Positions 39,588-48,069 of a stretch of DNA of 64,000 nucleotides are shown here, piece after piece. The notes beneath the pieces are model-generated. The model worked only from the letters and a program-made list of their open reading frames with translations, searched no databases and was not told where the DNA came from. The DNA comes from Verrucomicrobiota bacterium (lineage in GTDB: Bacteria; Verrucomicrobiota; Verrucomicrobiia; Limisphaerales; J093): positions 11,167-75,166 of the forward strand of contig JAKQDD010000196.1 in NCBI GenBank assembly GCA_029556615.1, given 5' to 3'. Every line of letters begins with the position of its first letter. Positions within the stretch are counted from its first letter, which is position 1. The position numbers were made by a program, and so were the translations under genes.

Positions 39588-39661
39588 GCCCGCGTGTTTC
39601 ACACCTTCTCTGTCAACGCACAGCCGGTGCCGCTCATCGCTCAACTGATGCGGGCTAGAAA

Positions 39662-39775
39662 GGCAACACCGCGCCCCAGCGAAGGCAGGGGAAGAGACTG
39701 CGCCGTGTCAGGATGAGCGTGCGTGCCCCGGGGCCGCTTCATCCCCTCTTCCTGCAGTCAGGGCGCGGTGTTGCC
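39662..39775 (-). terminator. 114-nt imperfect long hairpin downstream of the LTD-LamG-CotH gene
   Basis: The outer 15 bp are perfect (GGCAACACCGCGCCC / GGGCGCGGTGTTGCC). Inner helices are GCAGG/CCTGC, AAGAG/CTCTT and GGATGAGCG/CGCT(T)CATCC. On the minus strand it is followed by UUUCUAG. Confidence 0.45.
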
Positions 39776-39812
39776 AGCTGCCCCGGATACGGTTCGCCGC
39801 GAAGCTGTTGGG

Positions 39813-42800
39813 CTAGGGCAGGCGCAATCGGAAGAAGCGCGGCCCGGGGCGCAGCGGTGCGGCCGCCCGGAAGCTACCGACGCCCTCGGTGTCTGTCATC
39901 GTCCAGGTCTCTTCCGCCCACGACCGGAGATCGGCGGAGGATTGGAGACCGACCGTCTGGCCGGGTTCGGAGCGGGCGACGATCTCGGCCGATCCGTCCG
40001 GGGCGGGCAGCACGCGCTCGACGAGGAGCGCACGAGCCGGGGTGGCCGCGAACACGGCGCTGACGGTGACATCGGCCAACGGCACGATGCGGGTCTCTGG
40101 CCCGGCGCTTTCCACGGGCCCGGTCCAGCGGACGAACCGATGCCCCGGCGCCGGCTCGGCGCGGAGCGTCAAGGGCAAGCCGCGAAAGTACATCCCCTTC
40201 CATCCGTTGCCGTCGGCATCGAGGACGCGCAGGGTGTTCAGGCGGACGGCGTCGGCGCCGGTTGTGAGAACCTCGATGGTCACGGCGACGGTTCCGGGCA
40301 ACTGGAAGCAAGCCAGCAGATGCTGCCGGCAGAAGTCGGGTCGGAGTTGGGCGAACGTATCGAGGTAGGCGACCGCGGCCTGCCAATCGTCGAGCGAGGC
40401 GGGGGCGCGCCAGCGGCGCGTGTGTTCGGCGATCTCGGGTTCGAGTTGGCGTGCGAATTCGCGGATCCGGACCCGGGTGTGGGCGGGAGCGAAGGTGCTG
40501 TTGAGCAGGTCGGCGAAGCGGTGGATGAAGTCGCGGCGGAACGAGTCGTTCCGCATGAGTCGGCGCAGCAGGAACGTGGTTGTCTCGTTGTTGTGTTCGT
40601 GCAACCGGCCGTCGGGAGAGAGGTCGGCGCTGAGCATGTCGTAGGCCCAGCCGGGCTGTTCGGCCCAGAACCCGCCCCACCCGACGTCGTTGTCGAACTG
40701 GAGCCAGCGCCAGCGCCCCTCGGGGGTGCGAGGGCGCCACAGGCGGTGGTTGCCAATGTCCCACCGGTAATTGAAAATCTCGCAGACCTTGTAGTCGATG
40801 TAGTTGGGCACGTCCATGAGCGTGCCGGCGCAGTCATAGTGGAGCGGGATCGCGGGGTCGTTGGCGGCCAGGTACTGCAGCATGGCGTCGTAGTGCCGGG
40901 TGTCGCCCGACTTGGCGGCAGCGTAGCCTTCGAGGTAATCGAGCGCATCCACCGGGATGTCGCCGTAGAAGCCCACGAACTCCGCGTCCTGCTTTTCCTT
41001 GAGGTGGTGGAGGCCCCAGTACTCACCGTTGAGGAACACGATGCAGGGGCGGGCGGCCTGACTTTCCGCACCGGTTTCGCTCGCCAGCGACTGCATCAGC
41101 TCGTCGCGCATGAAGGCCATGCCATGATCGTGTCCCGAGGGCCGAAGCAGCACGTGCTCGAACTCGGTCCGGGTCCGATCGGGGAAGATCGGATAGCGGA
41201 ACGGGCGGCGTCCGGCCCCACCGGTGCCGTCCAGGTCGAGGCCCTTGATTGGGAAGTTCTGCGAGGTGTTGCCGTGGATCTTCACGTCGGCGTCCTGGGC
41301 GAAGGCGAGGCGATTGTCCGCCTCGTAGAACTCGACGTGGACGGGGCGTTGCCACGCATTGCCGCGCTGGGAGTAGTTGCCGCCGGGCGCGTTGCCCGGC
41401 ACGTAGATGCCGATGTCGGGGTCGAAGAAGTTCTTGCGGTCGGTGGCCAGGGCCACGACGGGGAGCGAGTACCGGCGGCGTCCCTGCGGATGCACCCAAT
41501 AGGTGCGTGACACGATCCCGCTCGGGAGGGCGCGGGGCTTGAACGCTCGAGCCCGCACGGTCCAGCCCTTGAACACTTCGCCGAGCGGCGGTTGCCCGCC
41601 CGGGACCGTTGGAATGGCCGACAGATCGTTGGGTGTGCCCGTGCGACTCCGGATCGGGATCGGCCGGGTGTAGAGCGGCGACTCGGGCGTCGGGTCCGAA
41701 CCGTCGAGCGTGCAGCGGATTTCGGCCCCGGGCGTGTCGGGGTCGAGAGCCAACTCGAACGAGGCCGGATAGAAACCGCCCTCGTGCGAGAGCCGCGGTG
41801 GAGCGAGCCACTCGACACCGCCGGGCGTGGCATTGGCGGCTCCGGGGGTCGGCGCAGGATAGTAGTACCAGGTTCCCGGTTCGACGAGCGACGCGCCATA
41901 GGAGACATCGCGCGGCACAGCGCCGAAGCTCACCCGGTCGGCGAGGGTGCCATCCGGACGGGTGAGCACGACTTCTTCGCCGCCGGCGCTGAGTCGGAAG
42001 TTCGTGTGCCGAGGCAGCGGCAGTGCCACGCCATGGCGGATGGCGAGCCCGCGCGCCACGCCACGACGCTCGGTCTCGGTGAGGGGCCGGTCGTAGGCCA
42101 GCAGTTCCAGCAGGTCGCCCCCAAAGGCGCCGTAGGCTCCCGAGCCGATCTCCGTCGGGGCGCGCACGTCCCGGCGCGGCGAGAGCAGACCTGCCCGGGC
42201 GACCAACCCCTGGAGATCGAGGGTGGGTTGTCGGGCGGCGTAGTTCACCGCGAGCACCAGCAAACCAGCTCCTGGCGCCTGGCGGGAGACGCTCAGGGCC
42301 GGCATGTACCCCGAGCCATGCTCGTAAACCGAGGCGCCGTTGGTCCCCACGGACACCCCGGCCCCGGCGTCGAGGTCCCCGCCGTGAGCGGCCCCGAGCA
42401 GCCAGCGTTGCCCGCGGGTGCCGCCGACGCCCGCGGGGCTTTCGTCGTCCACCTCGTGGGACTGCGAGGTTCGGCAGACGGCGAAGAGGCAGAAGTCATT
42501 GGTGCCGGGGGGGCGCGGCAAGCGGAGCAGATCGTTGAGGCCGTCGAAGCGCAGCGCGGGCAGGCCGCCGGGGCCAACCGCCAGCCACAGCGGTTGGAGG
42601 GTGGCGGTTTCCTGCGAGGCGTGGTTGCCGCCCCCGCTTTGGTCCTGCCACTGGCGCACAAAGACCTCGTTGCCCGACCTCCGCACTTGGACGATGCTGT
42701 CGGGGTTGATGCGATCGGCCCGGAGCCAGACGACCAGACCCGGGATCGAGCCGGGATCGAGCGCCTCGGCGAGCTGCGGTTGGCGGTTCTTGCCGGAGGC

Positions 42801-43127
42801 GAAGACGACGAGGTGACTGTCGGGAGGCAACACGCTGCCGGGCCCGAAGACCCATTGGAATGGCCTCGTGCCGTCGTCCGACAATCCCCAGCCGCTGAGG
42901 TCAGCCGGCGCGGGCGCGGGATTCCACAGCTCGATCCAGTCCGACGCGGCGCCGTCTTCGTCGAGCAAGGAGCTGTCGTTGGCGGGTTGCAGTTCGTTGA
43001 TCCGCACCGGCTGGGCCGCCAGGGCGGGCTCGAGCAGCGCGGCGAGCATGGCCCCGAGGCAGAGTCCGGTCAGGGCAGCTGGAGGCCGCCGCACAACGGG
43101 GAGTCTGGACCTGGCCGTGACGCGCAT
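39813..43127 (-). CDS. giant secreted LTD-LamG-LTD-CotH protein with a C-terminal FFRL module
   Basis: Start at MRVTARSRLPV (ATG 43127). Lamin-tail domain (RINELQP...SDWIELWNP...LSGWGLSD). LamG-like jelly roll. A second LTD tail (FRLSAGGEEVVLTRPDG). CotH core (VHVEFYEADN...FLNGEYWGLHHLKEK...YRWDIGNHRLW). Ends ...GPRFFRLRLP. Confidence 0.8.
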   Translation of the reverse strand: MRVTARSRLPVVRRPPAALTGLCLGAMLAALLEPALAAQPVRINELQPANDSSLLDEDGAASDWIELWNPAPAPADLSGWGLSDDGTRPFQWVFGPGSVLPPDSHLVVFASGKNRQPQLAEALDPGSIPGLVVWLRADRINPDSIVQVRRSGNEVFVRQWQDQSGGGNHASQETATLQPLWLAVGPGGLPALRFDGLNDLLRLPRPPGTNDFCLFAVCRTSQSHEVDDESPAGVGGTRGQRWLLGAAHGGDLDAGAGVSVGTNGASVYEHGSGYMPALSVSRQAPGAGLLVLAVNYAARQPTLDLQGLVARAGLLSPRRDVRAPTEIGSGAYGAFGGDLLELLAYDRPLTETERRGVARGLAIRHGVALPLPRHTNFRLSAGGEEVVLTRPDGTLADRVSFGAVPRDVSYGASLVEPGTWYYYPAPTPGAANATPGGVEWLAPPRLSHEGGFYPASFELALDPDTPGAEIRCTLDGSDPTPESPLYTRPIPIRSRTGTPNDLSAIPTVPGGQPPLGEVFKGWTVRARAFKPRALPSGIVSRTYWVHPQGRRRYSLPVVALATDRKNFFDPDIGIYVPGNAPGGNYSQRGNAWQRPVHVEFYEADNRLAFAQDADVKIHGNTSQNFPIKGLDLDGTGGAGRRPFRYPIFPDRTRTEFEHVLLRPSGHDHGMAFMRDELMQSLASETGAESQAARPCIVFLNGEYWGLHHLKEKQDAEFVGFYGDIPVDALDYLEGYAAAKSGDTRHYDAMLQYLAANDPAIPLHYDCAGTLMDVPNYIDYKVCEIFNYRWDIGNHRLWRPRTPEGRWRWLQFDNDVGWGGFWAEQPGWAYDMLSADLSPDGRLHEHNNETTTFLLRRLMRNDSFRRDFIHRFADLLNSTFAPAHTRVRIREFARQLEPEIAEHTRRWRAPASLDDWQAAVAYLDTFAQLRPDFCRQHLLACFQLPGTVAVTIEVLTTGADAVRLNTLRVLDADGNGWKGMYFRGLPLTLRAEPAPGHRFVRWTGPVESAGPETRIVPLADVTVSAVFAATPARALLVERVLPAPDGSAEIVARSEPGQTVGLQSSADLRSWAEETWTMTDTEGVGSFRAAAPLRPGPRFFRLRLP

Positions 43128-43241
43128 CGACAACGAATTCAGTGTGCAGCAGTCACCATGCCTGGGCAAGGCGACCCGCCGGTGGCCGGGGAAAATCCCG
43201 CGTCGGGCCGCTCGGTTTCAGCCAGCGGTCGGATTCAAACC

Positions 43242-43451
43242 TCACGGCGCGCGGATGGCGATCACTGCGATGACGACCAGCAATTCGATCAAGGTGAAGG
43301 CCTGGTTGGCGCAAGCCCGGGCCCGAGGTGCCCGCCGCCTGGTCTGTGCGACCGCGCCGTTGCTCGTCCCCCCGGTGGAAGGCTCACGCGGGCCGCAGCG
43401 CCCGGGCGCGGAAACGCCCGGGCGCACGCTGGTCAGGTCTCCTGCGGTCAT
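43242..43451 (-). pseudogene. remnant of a prepilin-type gene (only the N-terminal methylation/TM segment remains)
   Basis: The ATG overlaps the stop of the upstream giant gene (ATGA). The ORF ends ...[22 protein letters not shown]-stop. No pilin-like body follows in any frame before the next gene. Confidence 0.4.
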
Positions 43452-46400
43452 TGCGCCACGAGTCGGGCGAAGACGACGTTGCCCGGGATCTGGGCGACCG
43501 GCACGCTGTAGGGGCTGACGGTGTTGGCGCCGGGCGCTTCCTGCCACTGGGCAATCGGCGATGCGATGTCGCTCGAGATGAGCAGCCGGGCATTGCCGGT
43601 CCAGGTCAGAACCAGGTTTCCGTTGACCACCTGGATCGTGTCGAACGTCGGCGGCTCGATCGGGGCGGGCTCGACGGTGAGGGCGGCGGCGCTGCCCACC
43701 ACGCCCAGGCCATCCGTCACGAGCACGGTGTACGTGCCGGCCGCCTGGAGTGGCACCTTGGTCAAGGTCAGCGTCTGGGTCGTCGCGCCGCTGATCGAGG
43801 CTCCGTCGGCGAGTTGCACGCCATCGAGCAGCCAGCGGTAAGCGAGGCCGTCGCCCGTGGCGCTGGTCGTGAACGTCACGGTGTCGCCTTCCTTCGCGGT
43901 CTGATCCGCCAGCTCCTGAGTCATCGCGGGGGGTGTGCGAGTCCCCGGCACGACCCGGACATTGTCCACGAGCAGGGTGCGGTCCTGGTCCGGATCCGCG
44001 ACGACGTGCGCAATCCGGAGCGCCACCGTATCGGCGAATGGGGTGAAGGGGACGAAGGCCTGGTAGAGGGGCAGCGTGTGGAGAAAACCCGGCCAGGGCG
44101 AGGAGCTGTTGACCGGCTCGAAGGTCCGGGTGTCGATGAGCGCTTCATCGAGGTAGAGCTCGTAGGTTGTTTCGGGGAACGCGCCGCTGGTGTTGTGTTC
44201 CCGACCGTCGCGTCCATTGTAGTCGAACACCAAGGTGTACGGCTGCTCCGCCTGCAGGCCGCCGACGATCTGTTCGAGGCTTCCGCCGCCCTGGAGGAAG
44301 ATCACGTTGTCCTGGTCCGAGTTGATCCCGTTGTCGAAGAACGGCTCAACGAAGAAGGTCTTCGGACTGTACCCGTTGGGACCGTACCCGTTGCGCGCCC
44401 CGCCCCATCCGGCAATCCGGGACGGCTGGATGTACCCGGGCCAGGCGGCGCCCATCGCGGTGCCTTCGAAGCTCGAGTTCATCACGGTGATCTCGCCCGG
44501 CAGCCGGGGAACGATCGAGACGGCATCGAGGAACAACGTCGCGTCGCCGGACGTGACGACGACCTTGAACTCGAGCAGGCCGGTGGCGTCGCCGGGGGTG
44601 AATCGGACTTCCTGGAAGAAGTACTCGCTCAGCCCCGCGTCGGACGCCGGAGCGACGCCCTGCAAATCGAGGATCTGCTGCCCCGCGAACGAGACCTGCA
44701 GCGCCATTTCGTACGGGTAGCCATACGTGCGGCCGTTGTAGAAGAACTGGAGGCCGTACTCCTGCCCCGGTTTCAGCCCCTTGATCGCCTGGGAGACGGT
44801 GCCGCTGCCCTGCACTCGCAGCACTTTGGCGCGGTCGGGGATTGGCGCATCCGCCGCCGGTCCGAAAGGATTGGCGGCATTGGCGATGCCGATCCCTCCG
44901 GCGGTCGTCCAGCCGGCAACGGGTGTCGAACCGACGCCGCTGTCCTTATCCAACTCGAAGCTCGGGTTGAGCACGAAGCTCGAATTGGCAACGAACAGCG
45001 CCGGGACGTCGGTGGGAGGCAACAGCCCTGCGGTATCGATCACTTGGACGCTCGCGTTCCCCACGCCGACTCCTGCGAACGAATACGGCTGGGACGTGGC
45101 GCCCGGGAGACCCCACTTCTTGCCCAGGTACCGCTCGGCCGCCTCCCGTTCGGCGGGCGACAAGGCGCGGTCGTAGACCAGGAGTTCCGCCACTTCGCCT
45201 GCCAGACCGCCGTGGCCCTGTTTGGTGGCGCCAAGGCGCCAGGGACCGTTCTGGCCCCCTTCGGTTCCGATGGGCACGGTCCGGTCGACGCTTCCGTTGA
45301 CGAAGAGGGAGAGTGTCGCCGCGGAGACGTCCTGGAGCACGGTGGCCAACGCCCAAGTGCCGGGCGTGTAGGTGCCGCTCGCCACCAGCGAAGCCTGGGC
45401 CGAAACCGATTGCAGCCTGTGGTTGGCCGAGGCGTCAGAATCGATGAAGAGCACCGTCCGGCCGCGATTGGCCGACGTGTCGAGGTCCAAGGGTTGAAGC
45501 AGGCTATCGCGCCCTTCGAGCGCGCCCGCACTCACGCCCGTGTCGTCAGAGCGGAAGACCAGGAGCGCGGTGTAGGAAGCTCCGGCCTTGGTTTGCACGG
45601 TGGCCTTGCTGTCGAGGAACTGCACGCCGTTGACCGTGCCGTCGGCATCCAGATCATCGAAGCGGACCGTCGGCAGGTTGTTGAGTCCGTTGGCGACGAA
45701 CGTGGGCTGGTTCGCCTCGGTGGCCTGGCTGGCGTCGTTCGCGTTGCCGGACGAATCGGCCCAGCTGGCCAATCGGGCGCCGTTGGCCATGCCTGTGATG
45801 GCGTCGGCCTTCAACCAGAGCTTCGCGCCCGCCGGAGGTGTGGTGGGGGCGGAGGCATTGCCGAACGTGAGGCTGAGCACGCCGTTGGCGTCGGCTCCCA
45901 CCAGTGCCGCCACATTGGTTCGCTCGCTGCGCAACCGGATCACTGCATCGCCGCTGGCCAACCGTTCGGCGGGAATGGACACCGTGCCGCCGGCTTGCTC
46001 GCCGACCCTGAGCAGCGCCGTCAGCGGCGTGATCGCGATTGGCGGGAGCTTCGAGCCGGTCCGGCCGATCACCTTGATGTCGTCGAGCAGCACTGCCGAG
46101 CCGGGGAGCGTGTTGGCGAAGCTGATGACGCTGGTCTCCTCCGCCGCCTTGAAAGTGACCGTGGCCTTGCGGTAGGCGGCCGTCCCGCCCACGGGCATGA
46201 CGTCCTGCTCCCAGATCACCGCTCCGCCCACGACGAGCTGCAGATGGGGGGTGGTCCCCGCCCGCGCGTTGTAGGCGAACTCGACGCGGTAGTCGTCATT
46301 CACCACCAGGGGGTCCAGGGTTTGCGCGACCGAACCGACACCCTCGATGAACAGCGCGACGGCCTGGTCGGGGATCTCCCCGTTGTCCGCATAACCGCCC

Positions 46401-47122
46401 GTCCCGTCGTCCACGCCCACGATGCCGGTCTTGGCCCAACCGCTCACCGCCGGCCAGTCGGTTCCGACCGCGGGAGCCCCTTCATAGACCGTGCCACTGG
46501 CCTCGAAGCTGGGGTTCTGGACGACGAAGTTGTCCTCGTCGCGCTGGACGATCGTCACCGCATCGAGCAGCGCGGTGGAATCGCCGTACGCGGTGACGGC
46601 GAACGTCAGCGTGCCGTAGTCCACCTCCGGAGTGAACACGACATTGCGGAAGTAGTACGGGGCGCCGCCGGTGACCATCCTCGGGTTCACGATTCTGTCC
46701 AGCTCGACATCCGCGAAGCGGACCGTCAGGTCATAGTCCGCGGAGTTCCGGCGGTCGTATCGGAACTGGAGCCAATAGCGCGCGCCGGGCGTGAGTCCCG
46801 CAATATCCTGGGAGATCGTGCCGGCCCCTTGTTTGAAGGCGACGCGTCGGCCGTCGGGCACGGGCGTGCCGCCGTTGTGAAACGGGCCGCTGGCTGTGTT
46901 CACGCCGTAGGCGGGCGACGAGACCCAGTCCGTGATGTCAGCCACCCCCTGGAGGTAGTGGGGCGATTCCGGATTGTAGTTGTCTTCGAAGCTTGGGTTC
47001 CGGACGAAGGCCGTTCCCGCCTGGATCGAGGTGGCGCAGCCGAGACCAGCGATGAGGGTGAGGAACGCGAGGGCGGAATGGCGATGAGCACTCATGACGT
47101 TCATGATGGTTGGATACTGCAT
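43448..47122 (-). CDS. giant secreted protein: 4 x NPSFE-type (DUF642-like) jelly-roll modules + LamG + Ig-like + C-terminal module
   Basis: Four modules start at NPSFE / NPSFE / NPSFE / NSSFE and end at LLDAVTIV / LLDDIKVIG / FLDAVSIVP / LVDNVRVVPG. LamG segment LWLKADAI...ANQPTF...LPTVRFD...AELLVYDRALS. Ig-like domain with YRWLLDGVQL. Start is ambiguous (47122, 47104 or 47095). Confidence 0.75.
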   Translation of the reverse strand: MQYPTIMNVMSAHRHSALAFLTLIAGLGCATSIQAGTAFVRNPSFEDNYNPESPHYLQGVADITDWVSSPAYGVNTASGPFHNGGTPVPDGRRVAFKQGAGTISQDIAGLTPGARYWLQFRYDRRNSADYDLTVRFADVELDRIVNPRMVTGGAPYYFRNVVFTPEVDYGTLTFAVTAYGDSTALLDAVTIVQRDEDNFVVQNPSFEASGTVYEGAPAVGTDWPAVSGWAKTGIVGVDDGTGGYADNGEIPDQAVALFIEGVGSVAQTLDPLVVNDDYRVEFAYNARAGTTPHLQLVVGGAVIWEQDVMPVGGTAAYRKATVTFKAAEETSVISFANTLPGSAVLLDDIKVIGRTGSKLPPIAITPLTALLRVGEQAGGTVSIPAERLASGDAVIRLRSERTNVAALVGADANGVLSLTFGNASAPTTPPAGAKLWLKADAITGMANGARLASWADSSGNANDASQATEANQPTFVANGLNNLPTVRFDDLDADGTVNGVQFLDSKATVQTKAGASYTALLVFRSDDTGVSAGALEGRDSLLQPLDLDTSANRGRTVLFIDSDASANHRLQSVSAQASLVASGTYTPGTWALATVLQDVSAATLSLFVNGSVDRTVPIGTEGGQNGPWRLGATKQGHGGLAGEVAELLVYDRALSPAEREAAERYLGKKWGLPGATSQPYSFAGVGVGNASVQVIDTAGLLPPTDVPALFVANSSFVLNPSFELDKDSGVGSTPVAGWTTAGGIGIANAANPFGPAADAPIPDRAKVLRVQGSGTVSQAIKGLKPGQEYGLQFFYNGRTYGYPYEMALQVSFAGQQILDLQGVAPASDAGLSEYFFQEVRFTPGDATGLLEFKVVVTSGDATLFLDAVSIVPRLPGEITVMNSSFEGTAMGAAWPGYIQPSRIAGWGGARNGYGPNGYSPKTFFVEPFFDNGINSDQDNVIFLQGGGSLEQIVGGLQAEQPYTLVFDYNGRDGREHNTSGAFPETTYELYLDEALIDTRTFEPVNSSSPWPGFLHTLPLYQAFVPFTPFADTVALRIAHVVADPDQDRTLLVDNVRVVPGTRTPPAMTQELADQTAKEGDTVTFTTSATGDGLAYRWLLDGVQLADGASISGATTQTLTLTKVPLQAAGTYTVLVTDGLGVVGSAAALTVEPAPIEPPTFDTIQVVNGNLVLTWTGNARLLISSDIASPIAQWQEAPGANTVSPYSVPVAQIPGNVVFARLVAQ

Positions 47123-47146
47123 AAGCAATGGACCTTCTGGGCTTGG

Positions 47147-47217
47147 CTAGAGTCCTGGAATTGTAGGAGATGAGGTCAGCAGGTCAAGTTTCGTCCTGCC
47201 GTTTCGAACCTATCCCC
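47147..47217. repeat. 5' half (domain 1 only) of the two-hairpin element, copy E
   Basis: CTAGAGTCCTGGAATTGTAGGAGATGAGGTCAGCAGGTCAAGTTTCGTCCTGCCGTTTCGAACCTATCCCC aligns with positions 1-70 of copies A to C. Similarity stops abruptly at about 47218. Confidence 0.55.
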
Positions 47218-47262
47218 AGGGGCATTTCGTCTGACAAGTGCGTACTGGTTTGCGAGCGCATT

Positions 47263-47302
47263 GGAATCAAGGCAATGGGGTCGGAATCACGGCAATGGGG
47301 TC
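47263..47302. repeat. 2 x 20-bp tandem direct repeat
   Basis: GGAATCAAGGCAATGGGGTC followed by GGAATCACGGCAATGGGGTC (one mismatch). Confidence 0.7.
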
Positions 47303-47571
47303 AGGTCCGTCCATTGTATTTCTGATGGCCCCGCTGGATCTTCACCTCGCTGTTTCCGCACGTGCAACTTGCGCTTCATGGCTGCCGCGAACGCAACCTG
47401 CGCGGGGCCCGCGCGAACCCCGCCGCGAACCGCCGCACCCCCCCTGCGCCGCCGCCCCGTACTTCAGAGCCCCCATCGCCCGCACCACTTCGGCCAACCG
47501 CCGCCGCCCGTAGCGCACGGCCACATCGTGTCTGGCGACAGGTAGAACTCCCCCTTAGAGGCGGAACACGT

Positions 47572-48069
47572 TCAGGGTGCGCGCCGTAGCGCCTTAACGC
47601 CGCGCTGTTTCCCCGCCCAATACTCCCGGAACGCGCGGAGTCGGGGCAGCGATTCCCGGTCCTTCGCGCGGTTGGTGGCTGCCTTGCTGGCAATGATGTC
47701 ATCCGGATGGCAAACCGGGAACCCTTCGACCTCGATACGCCGGTGCCAAGCCTCCTCGAACCGCTCAATGCCGTCCGGCGCGAAGATCAGGTCCAGATCA
47801 AAGGGCCCGTTCTTGAGTTGGATGAAATCCTTGCCCCGCTCGATCTCCGCCGCCTGCTCGGGCGTGAGCGCGAAGCCCAACTCGATCAGGGCCGCTCCCA
47901 GCGCCCGACAGTTCGCCAGGGATTTCTCGACGAACAGGTCGGCATCCTGGGTCGTGTCCGGAAAGCCAAGGAGGATCGCGCCTGACTTCCCGATGAACAG
48001 ATAGCGAATCCCAGCGCGTGCAAACGAATCCCGGATCTCCTGCGCCTGGCGGTACTCAAACGCGCCCAT
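47572..48069 (-). CDS. small Pol-beta-superfamily nucleotidyltransferase (toxin-antitoxin-like module component)
   Basis: Start at MGAFEYRQAQ (ATG 48069). NTase signature GKSGAILLGFPDTTQDADLFV (G-S...D-x-D) plus a third acidic motif DLDLIF. C-terminal IIASKAATNRAKDRESL. Confidence 0.6.
   Translation of the reverse strand: MGAFEYRQAQEIRDSFARAGIRYLFIGKSGAILLGFPDTTQDADLFVEKSLANCRALGAALIELGFALTPEQAAEIERGKDFIQLKNGPFDLDLIFAPDGIERFEEAWHRRIEVEGFPVCHPDDIIASKAATNRAKDRESLPRLRAFREYWAGKQRGVKALRRAP

Noticed and set aside
43328-47173. 1,281-aa + strand ORF (with similar long ORFs at 361..1449, 2719..4311, 17465..20245, 41592..43511, 51892..53235 and 56713..58611).
   Set aside because: All run antisense to, or out of frame with, genes that have clear family motifs. 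Their translations are Arg/Gly/Ala/Pro/Asp-rich with no motifs. This is the usual stop-codon-poor artefact of high-GC DNA.
47342-47524. A minus-strand peptide (...HDVAVRYGRRRLAEVVRAMGALKYG...) that looked faintly like a tyrosine-recombinase or TA-protein fragment at the islet edge.
   Set aside because: The similarity is too weak, the motif spacing does not fit the recombinase HxLRHT box, and there is no supporting ORF context. It is kept only as a note under the non-coding-region finding.
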